DNA of 64,000 nt, taken from positions 32,001 through 96,000 of IMG/VR virus record IMGVR_UViG_3300023202_000068; one strand, 5' to 3'. Of the stretch, positions 18,834 to 27,863 are shown piece after piece; position 1 is the first letter of the stretch; each line of letters opens with the position of its first letter. Below the pieces are notes generated by a model. The model was given only the letters and a program-made list of their open reading frames with translations. It made no database searches and was not told the origin of the DNA. Origin of the DNA: a virus. The translations under genes and the position numbers were made by a program.

Positions 18834-19517
18834 ATGAGAATAATTAAGATTAAAAATGATTCAGGACAAGCTCAAACAATATCTGGCTCAGTTTTAGCCG
18901 ACCAAGATGTTATAAACTTTAACACGTACCGTGAGTTGGAAGATTTTAGAAATAACTCTAGCTATATTGAAATGGTTAGTAATCAAAATTTTATAGTCCA
19001 AAACGCTGAAGGCGATATATCATCAATATCCGAAGCTTTAGCGTGGCTATTTCAAGATAACCCAAGTGATGTTAAAATTATTGATCAAGTTTCATCTAGT
19101 GCATTTGCTTCAAAATCAATCGGTGAAAAAAGGCTTTTTAAACGAGTTCATGGTGTAAAGACTACCCTATCTGGAGATACTGTTGTAGATATTGTTATCC
19201 CATATAATGAGTGTAAAGTCGATAAGATAGAAATATTGTGGGCACCAAAAGGCCTGACTGTTGACTTTAAAGTTTACGACACTCCTGCTGGAACAATTAC
19301 GTCTACGCTGGCGGCGACTGGATACACAGCCATTCCAAACTTTATGTTAAATCAATTTGGTTTCGACGTTGGTGTGGCTGAGGGTGAATTTCGGGAAGAG
19401 TCGAAGTATGATGCAGATTTAATAAAAGATATGAAGCTAGAGCTAACGATAAAAAATCCTGCAAATTTAACCGACGAAGTGTGTGTCAACTTTACCTTGC
19501 ACGAGCTTAAACTATGA
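18834..19517 (+). CDS. putative virion structural protein
   Basis: N-terminus resembles that of 17982 (IIKIKND vs LIIKNT); fibre cluster. Confidence 0.45.
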   Translation: MRIIKIKNDSGQAQTISGSVLADQDVINFNTYRELEDFRNNSSYIEMVSNQNFIVQNAEGDISSISEALAWLFQDNPSDVKIIDQVSSSAFASKSIGEKRLFKRVHGVKTTLSGDTVVDIVIPYNECKVDKIEILWAPKGLTVDFKVYDTPAGTITSTLAATGYTAIPNFMLNQFGFDVGVAEGEFREESKYDADLIKDMKLELTIKNPANLTDEVCVNFTLHELKL

Positions 19518-20002
19518 AGGTCTCAGTAGATATCCTATTTAGTAAAAATGACAAGGTAGGTTCTAAACTGATTCAGTGGGGATCAAACCACCAGTATCCT
19601 CAAATAGAAAAGACACCAAGTCATGTTGCCGTCCTAATTAATAACAGGTGGGTTTTTGAATCAACTCTGTTTACAGGTATTAGAGTAATACCCTATAAGA
19701 AATGGCGTGAGATTAACACTGAGCTTTACAAATATCGACACTCAGAAATGGAATATAGCAAGGTTAAGTCTACATATAAAAAACTTCAAGATAAGAAGTA
19801 TGACTGGTCTGGAGTCTTATACTTAGGCATTATGCTTATGGCCAATAAGTTTTTTAAGAAGCCAATGCCTCAGACAAATAAATGGGAGGGTAAGGATCTT
19901 TACTTTTGTAGTGAAGCTGTGGCAACAATAATAGGCTTAAGTAATCATGCAATGAAAACACCTGTAGACGTGATGGTGTGGACTGATTACTTACTTAGAT
20001 AA
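19514..20002 (+). CDS. permuted papain-like NlpC/P60 amidase (YiiX/YaeF family)
   Basis: SHVAV...FES...KYDW...YFCSE...TP, with His before Cys. Confidence 0.8.
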   Translation: MKVSVDILFSKNDKVGSKLIQWGSNHQYPQIEKTPSHVAVLINNRWVFESTLFTGIRVIPYKKWREINTELYKYRHSEMEYSKVKSTYKKLQDKKYDWSGVLYLGIMLMANKFFKKPMPQTNKWEGKDLYFCSEAVATIIGLSNHAMKTPVDVMVWTDYLLR

Positions 20003-20374
20003 CTGACCAGCTCCGTACACGGCAGCTCCTGTTGCCAATACACCCAATCCAAACCACAGCCACTTATTCTTCTCTGAGGCATTCTTGATATTATTAAGCC
20101 TTTTGTTTTGCTCAATACTTTCCTTCATCCAAAGATCTACTTGCTCATCTGATTTTTCAATCATCAAGTCCTTTAACTCAATTGTCTTTCTTAACTGAAC
20201 AATCTCACCTTCGGCGTCAGATAGGTTTTTTCGAGTTAAACCAAACTCTTTGTGACAATCGTTGTTGTACTGAAGCCTCTCAGAATCTAAACGTACAATT
20301 CCTGTTCTAGGATTGCACTCAGCAAAGACTAAAATAGGTTGAAAACTTAAAAGTATAGCTATTAAAAATTTCAT
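19991..20374 (-). CDS. spanin-like protein (signal peptide, coiled coil, C-terminal TM)
   Basis: MKFLIAILLSF..VFA signal; WLWFGLGVLATGAAVYGA. Confidence 0.45.
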   Translation of the reverse strand: MKFLIAILLSFQPILVFAECNPRTGIVRLDSERLQYNNDCHKEFGLTRKNLSDAEGEIVQLRKTIELKDLMIEKSDEQVDLWMKESIEQNKRLNNIKNASEKNKWLWFGLGVLATGAAVYGAGQLSK

Positions 20375-20376
20375 AT

Positions 20377-20688
20377 CTACTCCTTTAAGTGCCAGTCTTC
20401 ATCAACATCTTCTGTAGTTCGACTTTCTCTTTTTTCGCGCAAAGCGTCGGCTTTAGCCTTGGCTTCTTCAGCGTCTTTCTTAAACTTCAGACGTTCTTCT
20501 TCAAGCTTTGAGTGATCAGTCTTAGCTTCTTCAAGACTTTTATTAGCTTGATGAGCTTGGTATTCGATATACAATTTAATGCCGATAGCAAGTAAACCAA
20601 GGGGCAGGATTACTAGAAACAATAGTTTACCTAGTAAGCCCTTTGACCATAGTTCAGCAATGTTATTGACTATCTTCTCCATCTTCAA
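20377..20688 (-). CDS. i-spanin-like protein (N-terminal TM, coiled coil)
   Basis: LLFLVILPLGLLAIGI followed by a charged helix. Confidence 0.45.
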   Translation of the reverse strand: MKMEKIVNNIAELWSKGLLGKLLFLVILPLGLLAIGIKLYIEYQAHQANKSLEEAKTDHSKLEEERLKFKKDAEEAKAKADALREKRESRTTEDVDEDWHLKE

Positions 20689-21028
20689 TCTCCTCTGCAG
20701 GCTTCATTCTATCAATCCACTCTTGTGGACAATCGATTAGTTCAAAACCACCATTGTCAACAGCTTCATGAAAGTTGCTTTGTAGAGTGTGACCTTGAAT
20801 AGGAAAGATAACTACAAATCCGTCAATGTAGTAAGTTCCATCTACACTGAATAGTGAAGTTTCGTAGCCTACAACCTGAAACACAGCCATGTCTTGTTCG
20901 CTCAAGTAGCAAGTGCCAACAGTTGATTCTGCTTGATACACAGCCTTAGCCTTAATAAAACCTAACACGAGTGTTACGGCTAAAACTAAACCTAGGAGAA
21001 CTATAGAGCCTTCTTTAAGCTTTTTCAT
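20663..21028 (-). CDS. membrane-anchored hypothetical protein
   Basis: N-terminal TM helix. Confidence 0.5.
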   Translation of the reverse strand: MKKLKEGSIVLLGLVLAVTLVLGFIKAKAVYQAESTVGTCYLSEQDMAVFQVVGYETSLFSVDGTYYIDGFVVIFPIQGHTLQSNFHEAVDNGGFELIDCPQEWIDRMKPAEEIEDGEDSQ

Positions 21029-21257
21029 TTATACCTACTTTCTTGTCTGGGTCAGTGCTTCTTCGTAAGACGTAGACCGCACCTAAAGCACCGATAGCTG
21101 CTGCATACTCACTACCAGTAAAAGGAGCGAGCGTTAGCCCACCGATTTCTACACCACTTAAAATTAATTTTGTATTTACAACAATAAAGCCAACAACAAA
21201 AGCCGTCATAGTAGCCGACTTCTTGCCAGAACTATCCTTCAGAAGTAGATTGTTCAT
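21015..21257 (-). CDS. putative holin (2 TM)
   Basis: 80 aa, two hydrophobic segments, charged C-terminus, upstream of spanin-like genes. Confidence 0.45.
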   Translation of the reverse strand: MNNLLLKDSSGKKSATMTAFVVGFIVVNTKLILSGVEIGGLTLAPFTGSEYAAAIGALGAVYVLRRSTDPDKKVGINEKA

Positions 21258-21747
21258 TTAACTTATTCTCCATTAGCTCTTGAAAATAATTCATACAAAT
21301 CATAGAGTGCATGTTGTGAGCTTCTTCAATCATGTCCTCGTTTTCTTCACCAAAGTTCTTCTTTGCCCAGTTTACAATATTTTCATTACGGTCAATCTTG
21401 AACTTACCTTCTACATATACCACAGAGTTTACAGTAATGCCTGAGTTTGGATCAAAATAATCTGTAATTACTTCATGAAAATCTTTCTTAGCATTTGGAA
21501 GCCAAGTCTTGTGCTCTTTCTTCTTAGCCTTGTGACCATCTTCGCTAACCAAGTCAGAAAGCACACGACGTTCTAGCCCTAATGCCTCTTCGTAGTCCAC
21601 GCCAAGCTGAACCAAGTCGTAGAATAAATCTCTTAAGTAACTCCTACGTTCTTTTTTCAAGTATAGCTGTGACCTGTCATTGTCAGGTCCAACAATACCA
21701 TTGAGCCAGCGATTGTAGACAAAATCTATATCAACTTCTTTACTCAT
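21232..21747 (-). CDS. hypothetical protein
   Basis: 171-aa ORF coupled to its neighbours. Confidence 0.6.
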   Translation of the reverse strand: MSKEVDIDFVYNRWLNGIVGPDNDRSQLYLKKERRSYLRDLFYDLVQLGVDYEEALGLERRVLSDLVSEDGHKAKKKEHKTWLPNAKKDFHEVITDYFDPNSGITVNSVVYVEGKFKIDRNENIVNWAKKNFGEENEDMIEEAHNMHSMICMNYFQELMENKLNEQSTSEG

Positions 21748-22324
21748 CTCTACCCTCTTCAGCTAATCGTCTCTTCCTAAGTTCCTTTACATACTCAACA
21801 TCTGCATCGACATTTGATGACTCTTCTTGTTTTTTAATCTCAGTGTAAAACTTTCTTATTCGTTTTGTTCTCACATCTGTAGCACGCATCTCACCAAGTT
21901 GTTCTGTAACAATCGAGGATACGAGTGGGTCAGTTATAACATACAGACCTGGTTGTCTACCAACTTGTTTTTCCTGAACCTTCCAAAAACCATCGTCTCT
22001 CATCTTTCTCATAAAGGTAGAGTAGGCCCTGCTGTGAATAGTATTAGTACCGTGGTTCTGATCTTCCTCTAGCAAAACCTCAAAAGCACGTCTGGATAAA
22101 CCGAAAGCGTCATTCTCTTGTGTAACAATTGCATTAACCAATGTAGCAAAATAATTATCGTAACCTCCACCTTTCTCCAAAAGCATGGTAATTAACTTAT
22201 TAGCACGAGAGTTTTCTATGTTCTCAAGCTTTGTGGTCCTGTAGAGCATGACGTGATCGTCATACCCAAAGTATCTGGCAGCAAATTCTCTTAACTCTTC
22301 ATCGTCTATCAACACGTCCTCCAT
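21740..22324 (-). CDS. putative winged-helix DNA-binding protein (candidate replication initiator)
   Basis: Helix AYSTFMRKMRDDGFW followed by a wing-like KVQEKQVGRQPGLYVI; adjacent to the repeat array. Start taken at MEDVL. Confidence 0.4.
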   Translation of the reverse strand: MEDVLIDDEELREFAARYFGYDDHVMLYRTTKLENIENSRANKLITMLLEKGGGYDNYFATLVNAIVTQENDAFGLSRRAFEVLLEEDQNHGTNTIHSRAYSTFMRKMRDDGFWKVQEKQVGRQPGLYVITDPLVSSIVTEQLGEMRATDVRTKRIRKFYTEIKKQEESSNVDADVEYVKELRKRRLAEEGRDE

Positions 22325-22351
22325 TGCTCTATTGGGGATAATACCACAGTT

Positions 22352-22454
22352 TACACCGCAAATACACCGCAAAAATTAAGAAAGTTAATAAACCTTGAGA
22401 TTACAAACACTTAAACCATTTTACACCGCAAATACACCGCAAATACACCGCAAA
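22352..22454. repeat. iteron-like 11-bp direct repeats TACACCGCAAA (2 + 3 copies)
   Basis: Copies at 22352, 22363, 22422, 22433 and 22444. Confidence 0.9.
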
Positions 22455-22471
22455 TTGAATTTCGCTGCCCC

Positions 22472-22507
22472 TAGGTTAGGTTAGTATATAGGTTAGGTTA
22501 GGTTAGT
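22472..22507. repeat. TAGGT pentamer repeats
   Basis: TAGGT-TAGGT-TAGT-ATA-TAGGT-TAGGT-TAGGT-TAGT. Confidence 0.85.
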
Positions 22508-22578
22508 AAAACAACCAAGCAGCTTTTTTTAAAGTAAAACCTTGTTTTGTGGTAAATAGAGAAGCAAAGGAGTTTGCT

Positions 22579-23091
22579 ATGCAAATTGAAGGAAGCGAAG
22601 CTAAGTTTGATGTCAACATTGTTGGAAACATTACAAAAGAGTCTTATCTTGGTAAGTTTAAGGTGAAGTGTTTATTGTCACCACTTGAAGAAATAGAAGC
22701 TGATAAAATTTACAGAGAGTTGCTAGGTAACAATTTTCAACTTGCTGAAGACCGTGTTAAACAAAAAGCCTTTGCATTAGCTCAACTTCAGGTTAGAGTA
22801 ATTGAAGAACCTCCTTTTTGGAAGCACGACATCATTGGTGGTGGTGACATTCCTGATGACAACGTGTTACTAGATGTGCTAGAATTAGCCATCACTGCTC
22901 AAGAAAAGTACATCAAGGGTAAGGAAGAGGAAATGAAGAGAAGGCAAGAGATGCTAACGCGAGCTGTACAGCGTGGTCAACTTAAGCCAGAGAGTGAACT
23001 TGACGAAGTAACAGAACAGGAGTTGGACAATGAACTTGAAGAACTTGAAAACAATCAACCTGAAGAGCCTACAGAAGGTGAAGTCGAGTAA
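22579..23091 (+). CDS. putative tail assembly chaperone
   Basis: GKFKVKCL...LAQLQVRVIEEPPFW...DDNVL pattern of myophage tail chaperones; start after AAGGAG. Confidence 0.55.
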   Translation: MQIEGSEAKFDVNIVGNITKESYLGKFKVKCLLSPLEEIEADKIYRELLGNNFQLAEDRVKQKAFALAQLQVRVIEEPPFWKHDIIGGGDIPDDNVLLDVLELAITAQEKYIKGKEEEMKRRQEMLTRAVQRGQLKPESELDEVTEQELDNELEELENNQPEEPTEGEVE

Positions 23092-23332
23092 TATCTCAAT
23101 GGTTGGTTACGACGACAATACAACCTATGTACAATTTACCAATGGTAACATATACAAATATCCAGACACAAGTCAAGAAGCTTTCGATTCCTTGGTAAAG
23201 GCTGAGAGTGTTGGACAACACTTTGGTAAAACATACAGACATCTTCAAAAATATGAAAAACTAGAAAACGTGGTGTTAAAGAGTGAAGAGAAGAAAGAAG
23301 AAAAGCAAGAAGCCGATAGCTCAAAGAGCTAA
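23030..23332 (+). CDS. KTSC domain protein
   Basis: VKSSNISMVGYD...VQFTNGNIYKY...LVKAESVGQHF. Confidence 0.85.
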   Translation: MNLKNLKTINLKSLQKVKSSNISMVGYDDNTTYVQFTNGNIYKYPDTSQEAFDSLVKAESVGQHFGKTYRHLQKYEKLENVVLKSEEKKEEKQEADSSKS

Positions 23333-23792
23333 GGCTGGTGTGTTCAGTGTTTATGAGTCCTTGCAAGTCGAGGCTATCTATAACGCTGTCACCAACAACG
23401 ATGGCTTCTTTGAAAGAAAGGTGCGTAGGTGGTTTAGTAAGAACTACAACACTCCTTTGATGGACACATACGAAGTTCCATGGTCGGATATCTTAATTCA
23501 CTACTACGAGTCTTTACTTGAAAATAATACATTTAATCAGAACTTTGAGATCATGACTGCTAGGTATTTGCCAGAACTAGTAGACCAAAAAGATGCTGAA
23601 GATGCAGCATTCGCTCAGAGCCTCGTAGAGGAGCAGAGAAGGACGTTAAAGAAAAAGAAGGCAAAGACTAAGGTTAAGCTTAAAAAACCAGCAGAGGCCC
23701 CAAAACGGAAGCCTGAGGGTGAACCAGAAGAAGTAATGAACTTGCAGTTTGATGACAAAGACTTTGAAGGTGGTGGTGATGAAGATTCATAA
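23283..23792 (+). CDS. putative tail chaperone partner protein
   Basis: RRWFSKNYNTPL...ILIHYYE, acidic C-terminus; follows the chaperone. Confidence 0.45.
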   Translation: MKRRKKKSKKPIAQRAKAGVFSVYESLQVEAIYNAVTNNDGFFERKVRRWFSKNYNTPLMDTYEVPWSDILIHYYESLLENNTFNQNFEIMTARYLPELVDQKDAEDAAFAQSLVEEQRRTLKKKKAKTKVKLKKPAEAPKRKPEGEPEEVMNLQFDDKDFEGGGDEDS

Positions 23793-24117
23793 AAAAGCAA
23801 AGACAACTTTAAAAGCATCGTTTGGAAGTAGAAGAGGAAGGCATTACACACCTGAAGCCAGTCGGTTTCAAAAAGAACAAAACAGTATAGAATATTTACA
23901 AGCACTTCTTTGGAAACATTGTAGTGAAGCCATGTTTTCCCCAGAAGACTGGTTGGCTGAAAAAGAATTTATCGAAAGTATGAAAACCCACAAATCGATT
24001 AAGTTTGTCAACAACAAGCCCGTAGAATACCATCCGTTTGACAACTACCATCCCATGACTGACTACATAGAATATTTAAGAAAACAAATAAGAACTAGGA
24101 GAGAAAATGTTGATTGA
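23749..24117 (+). CDS. hypothetical protein
   Basis: ORF track; overlapping gene string. Confidence 0.5.
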   Translation: MMTKTLKVVVMKIHKKAKTTLKASFGSRRGRHYTPEASRFQKEQNSIEYLQALLWKHCSEAMFSPEDWLAEKEFIESMKTHKSIKFVNNKPVEYHPFDNYHPMTDYIEYLRKQIRTRRENVD

Positions 24118-24370
24118 TAAAGGCCACGTGCTATTTAGCAAGGTAATTCTTGTAGACTCTAACGGTGAGCAGATTAAAGAGCCAATTAAGAGCTTCGACA
24201 CAGTTACAAAAAAAGCTGTAGTATTTTCACAACGAGAAGATGGTGGGGTAAAAATTTACAAAGACGAAAGCGACAACACTCACATAGAGACAGAAGAGAA
24301 ATACTTTCTCGACGCCTACTTGGTTTACAAAGGAACAAAAGAGCGCGTGCTCGAAAAGGATATGCAATGA
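24107..24370 (+). CDS. hypothetical protein
   Basis: AGGAG RBS. Confidence 0.55.
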   Translation: MLIDKGHVLFSKVILVDSNGEQIKEPIKSFDTVTKKAVVFSQREDGGVKIYKDESDNTHIETEEKYFLDAYLVYKGTKERVLEKDMQ

Positions 24371-24751
24371 AAAAATTACTAGCAATGCCTGAGATTTACT
24401 CAGTTCTACTCTTTACCACACTGACTCTTTGGCTAGTAATGAACGACAGTCTCTTGGCTACCTTCACTGGAATTTGGCTTGGTGTAAGAATTTCAGACTT
24501 ATTTCACCAAATGAGGGAGGACTTAAAAGATAATGCATAAGAAAGGCTACATCGGATACAATTACGAGTATGACTCTAGCATTGCAAATGTTGATGACAG
24601 TGTATTTTTTATAGCCAGAAGGATTGTAAGAATAACAGGTTCTGCACATAAAATCAATTTATATGGAAAGTTTGCAGGTTATGGTAGACAACAGTATAAA
24701 GAAACATTCTTATCTAGAACTGATAAGGTAAGGATTAAAAGAAGAAATAAA

Positions 24752-24953
24752 GGATAGGCGGCGTGGGAAGCTGTGGTGAGCAAGTACCTTTTGGTAAGAT
24801 TAGCGCCACTGGAGACACGCTAGAGCACTTAGAGATAACTAAGACGCTTGAAAGCGGTTGGTAAAAAACAAATGAGATTAAACGCTCATATGCTAGTTTC
24901 GGCTACCATAAACCGACAAACACCGTTACCATAGTAGCGACTGGTCCTATCCA
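24752..24953 (+). ncRNA. ~200-nt tRNA-like structured RNA
   Basis: Acceptor-like stem GGATAGG/CCTATCC+A; D-like stem GCGT/ACGC; T-like arm ACCA-TAGTAGCGAC-TGGT; several internal hairpins; T-tract after. Confidence 0.65.
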
Positions 24954-24992
24954 CTTTTTACAAACTGCAACAATATTTAGAGTAGAGGGTGT

Positions 24993-25259
24993 ATGACAAC
25001 ACTAGAAGAATTAGAAAAGTTTGCAGAAAAACATAAAGGTGTAAAGATTACACAAAAGCACTTTACTAAAGACTTAATGGCTAGTACGTTCTTTATCCCT
25101 AATGGTGAAGTTAGGCCTCTTGATAATAGCTATGAAGACCCAAAGATATATAAGATTATGGGTAAGTTCTACAAGCATGAGGATGACACGGGAGTAGACT
25201 CTGAGGTTGTTTTTGATTTAGAACTAATGGATTTAGATTTATTTGTCTTATTTGAATAG
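24993..25259 (+). CDS. hypothetical protein
   Basis: GAGGG RBS. Confidence 0.55.
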   Translation: MTTLEELEKFAEKHKGVKITQKHFTKDLMASTFFIPNGEVRPLDNSYEDPKIYKIMGKFYKHEDDTGVDSEVVFDLELMDLDLFVLFE

Positions 25260-25475
25260 GCTCCTATGGACTTAACAGCATAGGCTAAGTTGTGTTCTTT
25301 CACAAGCCATACATTCTGAGCGTGTCTACAGGGCACTTTGAGCACCACCCAGATCATACGTGAGCTTCGGCAAAACGCATTTTCAGGGAAGGTGCATTCG
25401 TGCGTCTAAAATCAGCAATCATTTCAGCTATATACCAGTTTGCAAGGTAATGTAACAAAAAAATGTTACAAAGAG

Positions 25476-25523
25476 CTTGCATTGTCCATCCACCTGTGGT
25501 GTAATAATTACATAGGGAGGGAT
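25476..25523 (+). promoter_or_regulatory. early promoter/leader copy 1
   Basis: CTTGCA...TAATAAT..CATAGGGAGGGAT; preceded by inverted repeat TGTAACA-N6-TGTTACA. Confidence 0.6.
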
Positions 25524-25524
25524 T

Positions 25525-25701
25525 ATGAATTTCTACAACATCAAACTTACATTCTCAAACGGCGAAGTCACTACACTTAGAGTACACGGTATCTTCTTTA
25601 AGTCACACGATGCAGCTCTTGATGGTTTCCTATCTATGGTCCTAGAGGCTGGTATCCAAAAGTCTACAGCAGCAGATGGTACAGTGGTGGAGTTCTACTA
25701 A
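25525..25701 (+). CDS. 58-aa early protein (not in the ORF track)
   Basis: MNFYNIKLTFSNGEVTTLRVHG...VVEFY after AGGGAGG. Confidence 0.65.
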   Translation: MNFYNIKLTFSNGEVTTLRVHGIFFKSHDAALDGFLSMVLEAGIQKSTAADGTVVEFY

Positions 25702-25716
25702 TTATTTAAAATAGTT

Positions 25717-25761
25717 CTTGCAATTATTACAAACCTATGAGACTATTAATGTATAGGGAGG
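25717..25761 (+). promoter_or_regulatory. early promoter/leader copy 2
   Basis: CTTGCAATTATTACAA...TATTAAT..TATAGGGAGG. Confidence 0.75.
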
Positions 25762-25770
25762 AACAACAAT

Positions 25771-26037
25771 ATGGGAAGATCTAGAACGCCAAAATACAGA
25801 ATCGAATTAAGAGCTAGTAACATGGGTAGAACTTCTTTTTCTTATGAGAAGCAACCTGCTACTGTTGATGGACTTGTAGAATTTATAAAAGTTTGGGAGA
25901 AGTCTTTTCAGCCTGGTGGAGTTAACGAGCACTTCAACTTCCCATCACCAGTGACTGTATTTCAAGCTGAGATCGTCAACCAGAAGACCAATGAGACTGT
26001 TGTAGAGTTTAAGCTTCCAATGTTTCAGGAGATATAA
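25771..26037 (+). CDS. early hypothetical protein
   Basis: MGRSRTPKYRIE...; behind the repeated promoter. Confidence 0.7.
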   Translation: MGRSRTPKYRIELRASNMGRTSFSYEKQPATVDGLVEFIKVWEKSFQPGGVNEHFNFPSPVTVFQAEIVNQKTNETVVEFKLPMFQEI

Positions 26038-26306
26038 TGACATACATGTACGAAATATCACAAGACCTAGACGTTAGCTACCAAGATCAAGGTCCATGGA
26101 GATCGTATCAGCTAGAAGCCATGGGTGACAGTTTTGAGCAATTGTGGGATAATGCATTTGTATACGAGCTTGATAAAGATGGTGGGGAGCTAAACTTGTA
26201 CCACGCTATGGAAGCTCCAAAGCAAGTGTTTGAGAAGGTAGAAGAGATAATGAATGGATATGTACACGATCACAGAGCAGCAGCGGTTGTTGCTGGGGAG
26301 GACTAA
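26037..26306 (+). CDS. early hypothetical protein
   Basis: TAATG coupling to the upstream gene. Confidence 0.6.
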   Translation: MTYMYEISQDLDVSYQDQGPWRSYQLEAMGDSFEQLWDNAFVYELDKDGGELNLYHAMEAPKQVFEKVEEIMNGYVHDHRAAAVVAGED

Positions 26307-26545
26307 AATGAAAGCAATATACAGAGTTGAGATACCAGGGAAAGACCCACAATGGATGTCTAAGGACGTGAACGGGAGCTACAGCCTAGTTACCAAGATG
26401 AGCGTGGCTGCCCCTATAGAAGAACATGAGCACTTGATTATTATGGACTTCCTTCCTGAGGGCACTACAGCCTATGTGGAGCAATCTAGCATTCAGCTCG
26501 AAATTAAGGACATTTGGAGAGCTATGTAATTTTTTTAAAAAAAGA

Positions 26546-26590
26546 CTTGCAATTATTACAAGCCTATGAGATATTAGTTGTATAGGGAGG
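26546..26590 (+). promoter_or_regulatory. early promoter/leader copy 3
   Basis: CTTGCAATTATTACAA...TATTAGT..TATAGGGAGG. Confidence 0.75.
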
Positions 26591-26827
26591 GACATATGAA
26601 ACTAACAGTCTTACAAAAACACGCACTAGAATATATCGCAGGTCTTCAGGTTACTGGCACTCCGCAACGCAGAGTGGTTGTAAACATCTACAAAAAAGGT
26701 CTCATTACATCTGACCGCAAGCTCACAGCCAAAGGAGCTGAGCTTCTTGGTCTTCAGGTTAGCGAGGAAGTGGTTTACGTAAACTTCAAGTCAAGAAGAA
26801 AGGTGGCGTAAAAAATATAAAATAATG

Positions 26828-26872
26828 CTTGCAATTATTACAAAGCTTTAGTATTATTTATATATAGGGAGG
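26828..26872 (+). promoter_or_regulatory. early promoter/leader copy 4
   Basis: CTTGCAATTATTACAA...TATTAT..TATAGGGAGG. Confidence 0.75.
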
Positions 26873-26877
26873 CAAAT

Positions 26878-27117
26878 ATGGACATCAAACTTCAAGAAGC
26901 TCTAATCAATATCGCTCACCAAGACTTGCGTGATGCACGCGCTGAGGGTGAGATTGCAATCTGCAACACAAAGCTTGGCACTTTGTGCCTAGGCTACAAC
27001 AGAGCCAAGGGCACTTACACGATTAATCCTGTATCTATTTCTCAGACCATGTCTGACCTTACAATAGACCAGGCAGTTTATGAACTAGTTCACTCTTACG
27101 AAGTCGAGGTAGACTAA
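26878..27117 (+). CDS. early hypothetical protein
   Basis: Behind promoter copy 4. Confidence 0.65.
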   Translation: MDIKLQEALINIAHQDLRDARAEGEIAICNTKLGTLCLGYNRAKGTYTINPVSISQTMSDLTIDQAVYELVHSYEVEVD

Positions 27118-27863
27118 TGAATAAGGACAATGTATTAGACAAGATCAAGAAACTACTAGCACTTGCAAACTCTTCAAACGAGCACGAGGCTAAAGCAGCC
27201 AGTGCACGTGCACATGCACTTCTTACAAAATACAACCTTACCATGGATGACGCGGAAGCTTTAGATAGAAAGTATACTGAAGAGTTTTGCTCAACAGGTA
27301 GACAGAGAATGCCAATGCAGTGGAAGTTTGTACAAAGTCTTTTGCGTGAGTTCTTCTATATTGAGATTGTACAAACTAAGAGAAGAAAGAAGTCTGAGAC
27401 TTTAGAAGAGATGCTAGGTCCTATCAAACTTGAGATCTGCTACCTAATGTTTGGTAAAGCCCACAACATAGAAGTGGCTAAGTATATCAGAGACTTCCTA
27501 ATGCGTGCTTTTGAAGACTCTTTCAAGTCATACCGCAAAGAGACTGGAGCACCAGCTAAGGCTAAGCAAAGTTACTACATAGGTTTGTATCAGGGTTTGC
27601 AAGAGCAACTAATAGATGCTAGGGGAGAGGTCGAACAAGAGACTGGACTTGTGGTTGTTCCCGATGCTGATCTTAATGACTTTGTAGAAAACTCGTTTAA
27701 CAATAAGCTAACCACAAGGAATAGCAATAAAGTAGTGATAGATAAGCAAGCTATGTCTGCAGGATATGAAAAAGGTAAAGATATGAGCATTGCTAGAGGC
27801 CTTGGCGGAAGCTCTTCCAAGCAGGTAAGGAGCACTTTGAGGCTTGGAGGAAGCAATGGGTAA
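27117..27863 (+). CDS. DUF2786 domain protein
   Basis: LDKIKKLLALANSSNEHEAKAASARAHALLTKYNL. Confidence 0.85.
   Translation: MNKDNVLDKIKKLLALANSSNEHEAKAASARAHALLTKYNLTMDDAEALDRKYTEEFCSTGRQRMPMQWKFVQSLLREFFYIEIVQTKRRKKSETLEEMLGPIKLEICYLMFGKAHNIEVAKYIRDFLMRAFEDSFKSYRKETGAPAKAKQSYYIGLYQGLQEQLIDARGEVEQETGLVVVPDADLNDFVENSFNNKLTTRNSNKVVIDKQAMSAGYEKGKDMSIARGLGGSSSKQVRSTLRLGGSNG

Noticed and set aside
22352-22454. CRISPR array
   Set aside because: Repeats are 11 bp and abut each other without unique spacers; no cas genes, and mCpol alone is not a CRISPR locus.
22472-22507. (TTAGG)n telomere
   Set aside because: Only a few internal copies in an unambiguous phage context.
24752-24953. tmRNA or YrlA Y RNA
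   Set aside because: No G3-U70 pair or tag ORF and a D-stem is present; the ends form the acceptor stem rather than the permuted YrlA arrangement.
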